This document shows, one piece after another, positions 13,801 through 25,386 of a DNA stretch of 64,000 nucleotides (within the stretch, counting starts at the first letter, position 1; the number at the start of each line of letters is the position of its first letter). Source of the DNA: Microthyrium microscopicum (lineage: Eukaryota); contig MU004231.1 in NCBI GenBank assembly GCA_010405405.1, positions 2,433,860-2,497,859 on the forward strand, given 5' to 3'. A program made the position numbers and the translations under genes. The notes beneath the pieces were generated by a model. That model made no database searches. It was given only the letters and a program-made list of their open reading frames with translations, and was not told where the DNA came from.

Positions 13801-16000
13801 CTTCTATTAGTACCTAGGTATTAACTAGGCTATAAAACTCTAGTTTTTCTTAAAGGAATTAAGATATAAATATAAAGTTAATTACTATTTCTACTACTCT
13901 TACTCTTCTTCCTTTATATAACTTATAAGTTAGCTCTTCTTCTAGTATACTTAGATAGAGTCTTTACTAAATTATATTATAAAGTAAGGTATTTACTTAA
14001 GGTTTAGTAACTAATACTATGCCTCTCTATTAATAGTAGTAGTATTAAAGTCTTCTACTAATAGGATCTCTTCTTCTACCTTATTAATTACCTTTATTAG
14101 TATTAGGCGTTTAGCAATATAGTTATAGTTACTTATTACTAAGCTTTTGCTATATATATTAATAATTATTAGTATTATATACCTATACTAAAGGCGTAGT
14201 ATTAAAATAAATTAATTATAATGTCTTACTTACTAGTTCTTTATATTAAGCGCTTTACTTATTATAAAGTATATTCTTAATTAATTATCCTAGTTATATA
14301 CTAGAGCGTAGCTAGAAAAATAGTACGTCTCTTTTAGCTTTATAATTCCTTTAGAGTCTTAGACTACTATAATTAGTTACTTAGTATTATTTAGTAAATT
14401 AAAGAATAGCCTTACTTCCTTTTTATTTAACCTTCTATAGTTATATTATATAATATTAATACTATTTATCTAAGTCTATTATTTAGATTTTGCTTATTTT
14501 ATTACTAGAGGTTAGTTTAGGGTTATCTATAGCTTATTCTACTCTCTTATAGTTATTTTCCTATTATTCTTCTAAGGTGCTATCTCTTATAATTTATAAG
14601 CTATTATTACCTCTATTAAAGTTAAATATACTTATAATTAATCTTTAAGTACCCTAAACTAAGTTATTACGTACTTTATTCTTTACTTCTTATAATATTA
14701 ATAGCCTTCTAAAGTTTTTAGTCCTTACTTTTCTTTTCTTTATACTATTTACTATAATATATCTATTATTATCTATAAGCTAGATTAGTATAATTTAAGT
14801 AAGTAATATAGCTCTTATTTATTTTATATATCTTTTATTTATTACTTAGAATCTCTTTATACTTTTAAAATAGGTTTAATATACTTTATATATATTTTTT
14901 TACTATATATAGTATTCTTAGCCTTACTCTTTCTTTCTTCTTTTTCTTTTCTTATTATTTTTATAATTAGAGTACTAAACTAAGCTTATTCTAGTATAGT
15001 CTCTAATATTATAATTACCTATATATTTACTATAGTTTAGTTTATATTAAGTATAAACTATTTATATATAGTCCTAGACTTAGTAGTAGAAGTACTATTT
15101 AATAGTATATTTTAAGTTATATAATCTAGTAAAGAGTTCCTTTACCTTAATAATAAACTTTTTTTAGATAATCTTATTTCTTATTATTATTATTAGATAG
15201 AATAGTATAAGTAATCCCTTAGTATATATTTTTTTATATTTTTTTAGTTCTTTTTTTACTTATTTATACTTTATGCTTCTATAGAGCTACTAAACTACTT
15301 CTATTTTTAGATATTTAAACCTTATTTTATTTCTATTAACTAGTTTTTTAATTAGTTTACTATTATCTATATTCTTACTATAGGCTATATCTAGTTTAAG
15401 TAAAGCCCTTAGGATCTTTATTAAATAGTTTTATTATAAAACCTAGACTTTATTTAAGCCTATTTAGTATAGCCTATTTTAGATATAGTCTTTATCTAAT
15501 TATATATTAATTATAATATTAATATTCTTACTAGGTAGTAGCCTAATAGCTATTATTTATAGAATAGTTTCTTTAATCTTTTTAAATAGCTTTACTCTAT
15601 TTTGCTTATCTTTTTTTAATATATTTTTAATTACTTTTATAATATTAATTTAGACTATTAAGCTTATAAAGAAGACCCTTTAGTTAAGGATTAGTAGGTT
15701 AGGTCTTTTTATAACCTTTACTTAGGAGTTAAGAGTTATTTTAATCTTAGTAATCTACTTTATAATTATATTAAGTTTTTAGTTAAGATATATCTTAAGG
15801 CGTATTAGTAAAGGAGCCTTATTTATAGTTAGAGCTAGGTAGAATACTAGTTATTTAATATAGTCTTATATTATAATAAAGAATATATAGTATTATATAA
15901 AATTAGTTATTAGCTAGTTAAGGAATAGTTATATTAGATTCCCCTTTTTAGATATAAGTCCTCCTAATAGTACTTTAATTTCTCTTTATACTCCTACGAG
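10900..16000 (-). mobile_element. Probable RIP-degraded RecQ-like helicase (DUF3505/telomere-linked-helicase-like) element; boundaries approximate
   Basis: De-RIPed minus-strand fragments in the expected order: GWSF (~13840), GKT Walker A (~12110), LLVVV (~11900), LDECH (~11800), RDGAKAEC (~11560), CRR..LDEYLDG (~11430). Several frameshifts must be assumed. Confidence 0.45.
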
Positions 16001-16099
16001 TAGTAGTTTTAGGTTATCTTTTTGTTTCTATATTACCTTATTTTTAATATAGATAGCCTCTATAGTAATAACAACTATCTACTACAAATCTTTATTTAT

Positions 16100-19000
16100 C
16101 TCTATAGCGCTAGCTATTACTTATATCTAGTTAAAAGTTATATCGTTGTAATAGTCTTAATAAAATGAATCCAATAGTAATAGTTTTATAAAATAATTCT
16201 AAGAAATCAATCTTTTAGTACAATAATACTCTCCTTTAAATATATATTATTATAAAATTCTAAAAGCTAAATATAACTAATATACTATAGCTAATTCTTA
16301 GAATTAGAATAGCTAACGTAGTAAGTATAATACTACTCTTTATAAGCTTTAGTTTTTTTAAGTTATAGGATATTTATATAATAAATATTTAAGGCTTTAA
16401 GATAACTAGCTTAGCTACTAGTTAACTAAATTATAGTAAAGATACTTTAATAAATTATAATACTATAAACGTTAGGCTATAAATTATTAGTAAATCCCTT
16501 AGAGAAAGTATTTAATAAGTTAAAATAATTATTAAAGAAATTAGGAGGATAGTTAGCTATAATATAAATAGCTTTATTTTATAAATATATTAATATAAAT
16601 TAAGAAAGGTAAAAGAAGTATATATAGTCTAGTTAATATAAAGTACCTTAAATAAAGCATAGTTCTATAAATTATAATAATTAATAACTATATATATCTT
16701 TTTATAGATAAGAGTAGTTAGTAGATAAAGACTTAGGTTATAAATAATATTATTCTAATAATAGAGTAGGACTTAAGTAAGAGTATAAAAGCTTTTATTT
16801 ATATTATTTTAATAAATCTTATATATAGCTACCTTATACGTAGTAGGTAAATAAAATTAAGAAGTATTATAGTTAGTAATATATATATAAAGAGGAGTAA
16901 TAGTAATAAGGATATAATTATTAAAGCTAATAGTATAGTTAAAAGTATTAATAATTAAAATAGCTATCTCTATATAATTAGTAAGGCTATAGCTATTATA
17001 ATAAATAACTTACTTAATTAGTTAATTAATTAATAGATTAATAAATTAATTAATTAATTAGTTAAGGAGAGAAAAACTTAATAAAAGCTAATTAAAAGAA
17101 AAAAAGCTTATTTAAAGTATAATAAAGGAAGAATAGTTAACTCTATAAAATAATATTACTTTATATTCTCTAAATATATAGATAGAAGTATAGTAACTTA
17201 ACTATAGTTATATTCTTTTAATCTTATTCCTTAATATTATAATAAAGCTCTAACTAAATATAAATAAAATAACTTACTAATTAAGTAACCTCTATAGAGT
17301 TATAGCTAAAAAAAACTAACATTATATACTAAGAAAGAGGCCTTATATCTAGAATTTAGTTTAAAATAGGTAAAGTATTAATATAAAACTAATAGTTAAT
17401 AACTTAAGCTTTATATTTTATACTTAAAAGTAAACGTATAGATCTATACGTTATAAATAAAGACTTTATTATAAACTATAAGAATAGTAGGCGTTAAATA
17501 TAACTAGATAAGATTAGGATCTTATAATTAACTTAGTATTTTAGTTAGAATTTTTTAAATAAAGAGAGTAATATTAAGAGTTAAACCCTCTAAAGCTATA
17601 CTTATTTAGGCTACCCCTATTATATATAAATACCTTAATTAAAGAGTCTCTTAACTCTTCTTTCTCTCTAAGTTACCTTCTTATTTAGTAGGCTTATAAT
17701 ATAACTTTTCTTTTTATTATCTAACCTATAATATTTAGTTTAGCTAGTTTTACTTTAAAGGCTTTACCTTTAGGTTTTATTAGTTTATTACTTATAACTA
17801 ATTATAGTATTTTAAAGAAAAAACTTTATAGATACTCTATTAGTAAGAAATAATTATAATATTAAAGATTAGGATTATAAAATAGGTAAAAAGGTTATAA
17901 GATACTTAATAGATTAAGTATATAGAAATAAAGATAAGAGTAATTACTAAAGAACTATAAGAGGATTTCTTAGCCTCTATTTTATTACTTAGAAACCTTT
18001 AAGGTTCCTCTCTAAGTTAGAATAGTCTATTTATAAACTAAGCTATTTTAGAAGTATACTTAACTACTAATTATAATAGTTAGGAACCTATTAATTCTCT
18101 TAACTATAAAATATATTAAAGCTAAAAAAGCAGCTTTGCTAGCTTCTAATAGCTATTAGGCTAAGGCACTTAGGCTATAATACCTATCTTAAAGAGTCTG
18201 TTAGGTTTAATTCCTAATAGACTCTTAGTAAGTAATAATTAAAAATCCTATCCTATAAGTAGTTCTATAGTTATTAAGCTAAAACTCGTAGAGTTATTTA
18301 AAATATAAGGGCCTCGTTCTAAACTAAATAGCTACTTTAGTAATCTTTAATAATATAGCTTTTAGTAGGTTAATTCCTTTTAAAATATTACTAATTAGTA
18401 GCTAAAGACTATAAAAATTATAAAGTACTATTAAATACTTTTTAAATACTTTATTAGGATATTTATTAAGAATATTTATAATAGCATATATAGTATTATA
18501 AGTATTAGAGCTAATTAAGTTAATATATACTAAATCTTCTTTAGTTTATTATTTAAAAGCTTCTATTAAATATATTACTAGATTTAAAGCTATTAAGTAT
18601 TCTCTACGTAAATTAATAATTTCTAGGTAAAAGGAACTTAAAAAGGGAATAATAATATAAAAATTAGCTATTTAGTAACTAGCTCTATTAGTATTTTCGT
18701 TTATAAAGAAGTTAAGAAGAGGCTAATTCCTAAAGATACTTTAAAGCTTTAAGAGATTCTATTTATAGATATTTTTAATAAGAGGTAGCATATCTCTTTA
18801 TTATAGAGGATAGTATCCTAAAAGACTTACTAATCTTACTAAATCTACTTTATAGTTATATATTATTAAATAGTATATTTTATTATATATATTAAGTAGT
18901 AGAGCTTCTTAAACTACTCTCTTTATATAGCGATAATTCTAATTAATTTACTTTTAAGTACGTAAAATAGCTATATTAGATTAAATAATTAAAGCTACTA

Positions 19001-19577
19001 TCCTAAAAGCTAAGTACCCTTTAAATTAAGAATGCGCTTTTTATTAACTAATATATTCTATAAGTTAATAATAGTAATAACGGCAACTTTAATAAGTAGA
19101 ACTAAAAAGATTATTCTTTAGTAGTAATATTTAGTATTATAAGATATTTACTTATTCTTATAGAGTTTAATTTAGTAATCTAGAAGCTATTTTTAGCTTA
19201 GATAATATAATATTTCTAAAGGTAGAAAGGAATTATAAATATAATTTAAATTAATTAGAAACTTATACTATTATATAGAGCTAAATAAAAAGAATACGTA
19301 CGTCTTAAAAAATTTCTTATTTAGGTATTAAATATTATACTATTTGTATAGTAAAGTTAATCTTATTTTTAGTTAATTAAAAGACGTAAGAAAGATTAGG
19401 ATTAAAGGGATGCTAGTCTTTATTAAGAAATTAAGCTAAATATATACTTACGTATCCTTTTATTATACTAATAGATTAAGTTATACCTATCCGTAGTAGT
19501 ATATTAGTAAATTATAGTAATATACCGCCGCAGAAGGTATACTGCAGAAGTGAGAAATACTGTATTACTATAAAGGC
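16100..19577. repeat. Unassigned RIP-degraded repeat relics
   Basis: Same TpA-rich composition and a (TTAA)n-like patch at ~17010-17065. No protein motif could be recognised with confidence. Confidence 0.5.
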
Positions 19578-19821
19578 TACAGTGCCATTAGGGTTATATT
19601 GTCCCCCCTCTAAAATTATGAAATAGCGCTTTAGGGCCTAATTAGAGGGCGAGAAGATCTAAAGAGTGTATTAGTATGTAAATTTAGTAGTATAGCTTCT
19701 TAAATTGATCTTACTAACTCTATCTTTTTCCTAAATTATAATATTATTTGTTTTAAAGCTAAATCTTTATTAAATATCTTGATTTTTAGTGTTTTAATAT
19801 TATAACGAACGAGTTTTTAAT

Positions 19822-20900
19822 ATACCGCGCTATCTTGATTCTTACTGCTAAAAATAGGTGTAAGATATAATTAACCTTAGCTACTATAAGATATTTATTG
19901 CTAAAGCTATTAGATGCTATAAGAATATTGTAAAATATTAGCGTTGAATAGTAAAGATTAGGGGCTTATTCGATTTTGTAAAGTTATATTTAGGGCCTTT
20001 ATTAGTAGTAGATTTTAATATATAGGTCGGATTATTTAAATATTTGCTTTATTAACCTAATTTAATATAATTTAAGATATTAGAGTTTATTTAGAATGTA
20101 TATAAGGTAGTAATGAGTTAATGTATTATCTCTTAGGTCCTAAATAGGTATAATTATACTAAAAAGAAAGTTAGTAATAAACTAATACTAAGGGACGTAT
20201 TCTTATATTTTATAGTTAAAGGTTATTACTACTTAGCGCTTTGCTAAAGCCTATTATAAATATTGCTTATAGATGTTAAAATATACTATTAAATAGCTTA
20301 TCTTTATTAATGAAGTAGGGTGTAATATTATTAGTATCTTAAGAACGATAGGATAGAGTGAATTAGATATTAAACTAAATATTAAGAGCTTCTTAGTATT
20401 AGATAAGCAAAAATCAAAGAATATTAGTAACACTACTAAATAGTATAATATCCTACTAATATATAGCGTTAATGGCATCCTATTAGTAGATATCTACAAA
20501 GCTAATAGCAATAGTAATAGCTTTGCCTAATAGTATAAGAATAAGCTTCTAGATATCTATTAGCCTTATCCTCTTCTTTAAAGTATTATCGTTATAGATA
20601 ATATGTTCTTTTATTATAGCGAAGAGGTCTATAAGATATTTAAAACTATAAGGGTGTAATTGGAATTCCTATTACTATACTACCTAGATTTCAACCCTAT
20701 TAAAGAATTTTTTAGTAATTTAAAGGCCTAGTTAAAGGTAAATAACTACTAGTAGTATAGCTATAAGAATTCTCTATCTTTTAAGCAGTTTTTAAGTATT
20801 AGAATTAAAGTTTTAAGTAAAGGAGTACTTAGTAGGAAGCGAGCTAAAGGGCATATTTAATATAGCAGTTATATTATAAAGGAAGCTAAAATTCTTTAGG
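19822..20900 (+). pseudogene. RIP-inactivated Tc1-like DDE transposase
   Basis: Relic translation shows an N-terminal HTH (IAKAIRCYKNIV), LIFINEVGCN (=LIFIDEAGCN), SIIVIDNMFFY (=SIIVMDNASFH) and FLLLYYLDFNPIKEFF (=FLPPYxPDFNPIEEFF). Many CAA/CAG/TGG-derived stop codons. Confidence 0.88.
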
Positions 20901-20949
20901 GCCTAGGGTTATATAGGAATATCTAGGAAACAGCTTTAATTATTACTTC

Positions 20950-23400
20950 TAATCCTAACTTCTTTATACTATAATAAGAATTTAATATTAAACTACTACT
21001 ACTATAAATTTTACCTACTTAACTTAGAACTAGTACTATTAATAAGAGAAATCTAATATATATAGTACTAATAGAAATTAGTAATAAATTCCTTACAAAG
21101 TTAGATTATATTATTAAAATCTTATATTATAGCTCTTATTAAAAGATACTTAAACTAAGTATAATCTTTACTTACTATATAGCCTAAACGATATCCTTTA
21201 TTCTAAAGAGCCTTAATAATAGCTAAAAATACTAAACGCTATTAAAAACCTAAATTAATATTATACTAGCTATTAAATATATTAAATTCTTCTTCTAGAT
21301 AGTATTTTTAGACTAATAGTAGCTTAAGGATTAAACCTAAAGCTATAGCTAATCTACTACGACGTAGTAGAAAGCTTAAGTATATATATTAGCTTTAGCT
21401 ACTCTAGACCCTACTAGAGCCTCTATTAAGTAAGTTTAAGCTCTCTTAATCATAATAAATATTAATATAAATAGGTTGCAAAGTAGAATTCAATGCTATT
21501 ATTATTGTTATAGTTACAATTCAATAATAAGCTCTTTAAATAGTTATAGCTTCTAATAAGTTTAATATTATAATCTTAGGTAGTGCTTTAATTTTAGCCT
21601 TATTAAAGGCTATCTTTTAGGCCTATTTATTTAACATTATAGCTATAAGGAAGATATATTTACTATAAGAATCAATCTAGTAATAACTACTATTAAGATA
21701 ATTTAGATAGTAGTTATCCTAATATAGCTATTTACTTAATAATATAATAAATTTTAAGGTAGAATTTATACGTCATTAGTATTCTTTATAGCATAGATTT
21801 ATCTATTTAAGTATCTTAGCTACTATCGCTAACGCTAGAGGAAGTTATTTAGGCTTAGTAATACTAAATATAATCTTCTATTTAGGATTACTAACGCGTT
21901 AAGAGTTCTTACAAAAATCAAACTAGTACTAGTAAGTAATTTAGTACTAAATTAGAGTAAGAATACTATTAAGCTCCTTATTACTTAGGTTAGAATTAAT
22001 ACTAAAGCTATACTAAAGATCTTTAGTCCTCTTCTTTATCTATTACTTTAAAAATATCTATATTAAGATAGTAGAACTATATATTATTCCTTACTCTTTA
22101 AGGCGTAGATTAAGCTATTTCTATATCTTTTTAAGTACTTTAACTAGACTCTAGTAAAGATAATCAAATTTATTCTTAATAGTAGGTATTCCTTACTTTT
22201 AGATCTTTATAATAATAATAATTTTAGAAAGGAATTTAGATACTAGTAAAGCTAAAGGTATAGAGTTAATCTAGAGAACTAAGGCGCTAGAATTAGGTAA
22301 AAATATCTTAGGATACTAAGTACTATTTATTATAGTATTTTAGATGCTAGTTTTAGGTAAATACATCTCTTAGATATAGTTTAAGCTATATTAACACTTA
22401 TAGATAATATCTTAAGTAGCATTAGGAATATTTTAGGTTACTTTAACTAGAAGGGATTAAGTAATATTAATATCTTAAAGATATAATTTATTAGTAACGT
22501 ACTTTAAGATATCTTAAGTCTTACTATCTTATTATAAAGGATACTTATCTAGTTAAACCTAAGAAGTTAGCAATATTAGTAAACAATTAAGAATAATAGT
22601 ATTTATATTAATTTTACTATAAAGAATAGGTAATAGCATAAGCTTAGTATAAGATATAGGAATTAGATTCCTAAGATAAGAAGATATAGCTAGAGCCTTT
22701 AAGGCTAGCGTAGACGTTTTTAGTAAAGGAATTCCGCCTATATTTATATAGATCTTAAATAACTATCTTATAGCCTTTTTAAATATTAGTATATAGTATT
22801 TACCTATAGTATATATTAAAATATAGCAATTTAAAGATTAGATAGAACTAAGAACTTAACAAGTATAAATTATAGTATTAAGAAATATTTTAGTACTAAA
22901 AGAGTAGTAAAAAGTTATATAAAAGATATTAAGGAATTATTAAAAGTAAGATAATATTAAATAGGTATATTTTAATAATTTTAGACTAGATTAATAGAAT
23001 ATCTTATAGTTATTACTCTTACTACTTTATTAACTTTAAAATAGTACTCTATTAGCGTTACTAATACTAAATCTTTAGCTTCTTTACTACTATTAGATTT
23101 AATTATTAATAAAATAGCCTTTAGTGCTAATAATCCTATGCTATTTAATATCTTTAACTCTAGATCTTTAACTCTACTAGTAGGAATACTACTATTCTAC
23201 CTACTTTATCTTTAATATTTTTAGGAACCTAACTCAAGATTATGGCCTAATTAGCTCTATTAAGATATAATTACTATTAAAAAACTTTAAATACTATTAA
23301 CTAGTAAAAATACTACCTATTTAAGATATCTTAAAGTAAGGAACAAGTAATAATTAAATACTACTATTTCGCTATCTATATTGTTAGTATAGCTTTAAAA
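20950..23400 (-). pseudogene. RIP-degraded cargo gene of unknown function inside the Tc1 element (extent approximate)
   Basis: One minus frame reads as protein when RIP stops are restored (e.g. LVRFLQELLTRQQSQIEDYIQYHQAQ at ~21860-21930). An intron 3' end (GCTAAC...CTTAG) lies at ~22560-22575 on the minus strand. Confidence 0.45.
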
Positions 23401-25386
23401 GCAATCTAAGATATAGTATTTAGAAAGGATAGTTTTTAGGGGCTGCTAATAGGCCGCAACCAGAATACGCCCTATAAATTTGCACTATAATGCCTATCCT
23501 GTCCTAAGGATCCACCCAATTACGGCATGATCCACTAATTATCCATTTTAAGGGGGGGGACAACATAACCCCAATGGCACTGTAAAGCTCTCCGCCACTC
23601 CCGCGATTTCCTAAATTTGGCTGAACGGTTGTGGAGCTTATTTTTTTTATGTAGCAACGCCACCATGTTTCGCAATCATCGTGCAACATCGATACGAATT
23701 CTCTTCGATGAAATGAAACGTTATCGAACACTACTCCTCACGTTCCAGCAAGCATCTCTGATGCAGCTAGGCAAGCCAGGTCTCGACATATGCAAGTCAA
23801 GCTTTTTCCACCCAACCTTCCGCTTGGAGAAGGACAGCTTGGCGCATTTGTTTCTCAGAATAGAAGAATTAAGCATCACTTTGACATTGACAGTTGATGA
23901 ACCCTCCCCATCACCAACTACCAAGACCAATGCCCTAGATCACAGACCTCCCAAGAACAAATAGGCCGCTGATCCATTCTCCTTTGTTCCAACAAATTTT
24001 AATCTTACCCCGTAAACAACCATTACTACCAAGCTCAGCTTCAGCTTCTCTAAAGATCAGTTCCAAACTTATCAAACCTGTCTTATTCAGATATGATAGA
24101 GCCAATAATTGAGCATCAAACGCCGCGCGTCAGAACATCCAACGGAAATCCTACCATCCATTCACCTGCCAAGAACTGTCGCTGTTGAAAGCCAGTCTGA
24201 TCTCCCGCTTGGCCAAGCCGTCATGTAACCAGTCACATTGCGCAGAAAGTTGAAACACACCTGCCAGGTATTTTGAAATGTTTCATCCTGCCCAACATGA
24301 CCCCAACGGTCTGGAGCCAATCCATTCTTTTTGCGTGAGATCCTGGATGACGATCTAAATATTGGCATCATGCCAAAAATGCAATTGTAAATCATGAGGA
24401 TGAATGAGGTATCGCTTCACGCGACCAGAGAGATATTATTTATGCATTATCGAATGAATGAATTATGAGGAATTCACAGCTCATTTTCAATGTTCAATCA
24501 TTAAACCAATGACGGACTTTTGTTTGGCAGGACGGAGATTGAAGTCACTTTGACCCCAAGCCAAACGAAACGAGGTACCTGCGAACTACTTCGTCGTTGG
24601 TCTACTGGCAAGACTGGTACCTGACCTAGAGACGGCGAGAGGGCGGTTCCGGTTTTGTGTTTCGAAATTTATCACTTCTGAGTTCTGTCCTGTCACGTTG
24701 ATTTTTTGGGCACGGAATCTAGACTAGTTCCTACGATATAACAGTTTTATTGCTGGAGTAAATGTCAATTCTCTCTCACCATCTGTATAGAAGTACTTCA
24801 TATCGATTAATTCATTACTGGAAAAGGGTCAAATGTACAATCAAAGCTCTTATGATTAGAAATATTCATGCATGAGGTATATCTGCTAGAAAAGCGCATC
24901 AAAAAGCCTCACTTTTACACGCTGAATTGTGGATATACCGACCTTCCTGAGGCTGGAGCATCTTTTCAATGATCAAGAAAGATCACTTGCGCGTTGGAGT
25001 AATAATGTCATAAAACCAGGACTTCGCGGTGGAAATCGGGTGGGAAGCTGTGTAGAATTTAGGAGGCAAGGTAATAATGAGCTTTGCCGCTTTATTGCGC
25101 TTATCGAACATCAAACTCGAACAGGGTTTTATCCATTGCTCATAGATGTTTTAACTCATGAATATCTCATTTCTTTGCGATAAGTTGCATTCTTTGGAAG
25201 GCAGTTGAAGTAAACAGTCGTTGCCATGGAGAGTCGCGCTAAGCCCAAATCAGTAAATCGTACACAATCTCTACTCAGAACCTCCTCTCCCAGATCTTCA
25301 ATCCTCGAACCTTGCATAGATCCAACAACATCTCTCATTTTACCGGTCTACAATCAAGCTCACGAACTTACATGGCCTAGTACAAC

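Larger units (their letters stand above)
1..23450. repeat. AT-rich, RIP-mutated transposon block (AT isochore)
   Basis: Very AT-rich, saturated with TA/TAG/TAA and nearly devoid of CA/TG. The supplied track has only one short ORF in it. TE protein motifs can be recovered by reversing C>T/G>A changes. Confidence 0.95.
19580..23582 (+). mobile_element. Tc1/mariner (IS630-like DDE) DNA transposon, ~4.0 kb, ~37-bp TIRs, TA target-site duplication
   Basis: Left end TA|CAGTGCCATTAGGGTTATATTGTCCCCCCTCTAAAA (TA at 19578-79). The right end, reverse-complemented, reads TA|CAGTGCCATTGGGGTTATGTTGTCCCCCCCCTTAAAA (TIR 23546-23582, TA at 23583-84). An internal transposase relic is present. Confidence 0.92.

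Noticed and set aside
17010..17065. (TTAA)n-like array
   Set aside because: Low-complexity product of RIP. It is not a telomere repeat array and has no spacer structure like CRISPR.
8750..19500. Possible Starship (DUF3435 captain) or Helitron in the AT block
   Set aside because: No captain motifs, Rep/Pif1 motifs or element termini could be recognised.
20254..20478. 74-aa minus-strand ORF in the AT block
   Set aside because: It is antisense to the RIPed transposase, and its hydrophobic composition is an AT-bias artefact.
23504..25340. Several short ORFs between the transposon and haspin
   Set aside because: They overlap on both strands, show no motifs and often have non-ATG starts. A decayed gene cannot be excluded but is not supported.
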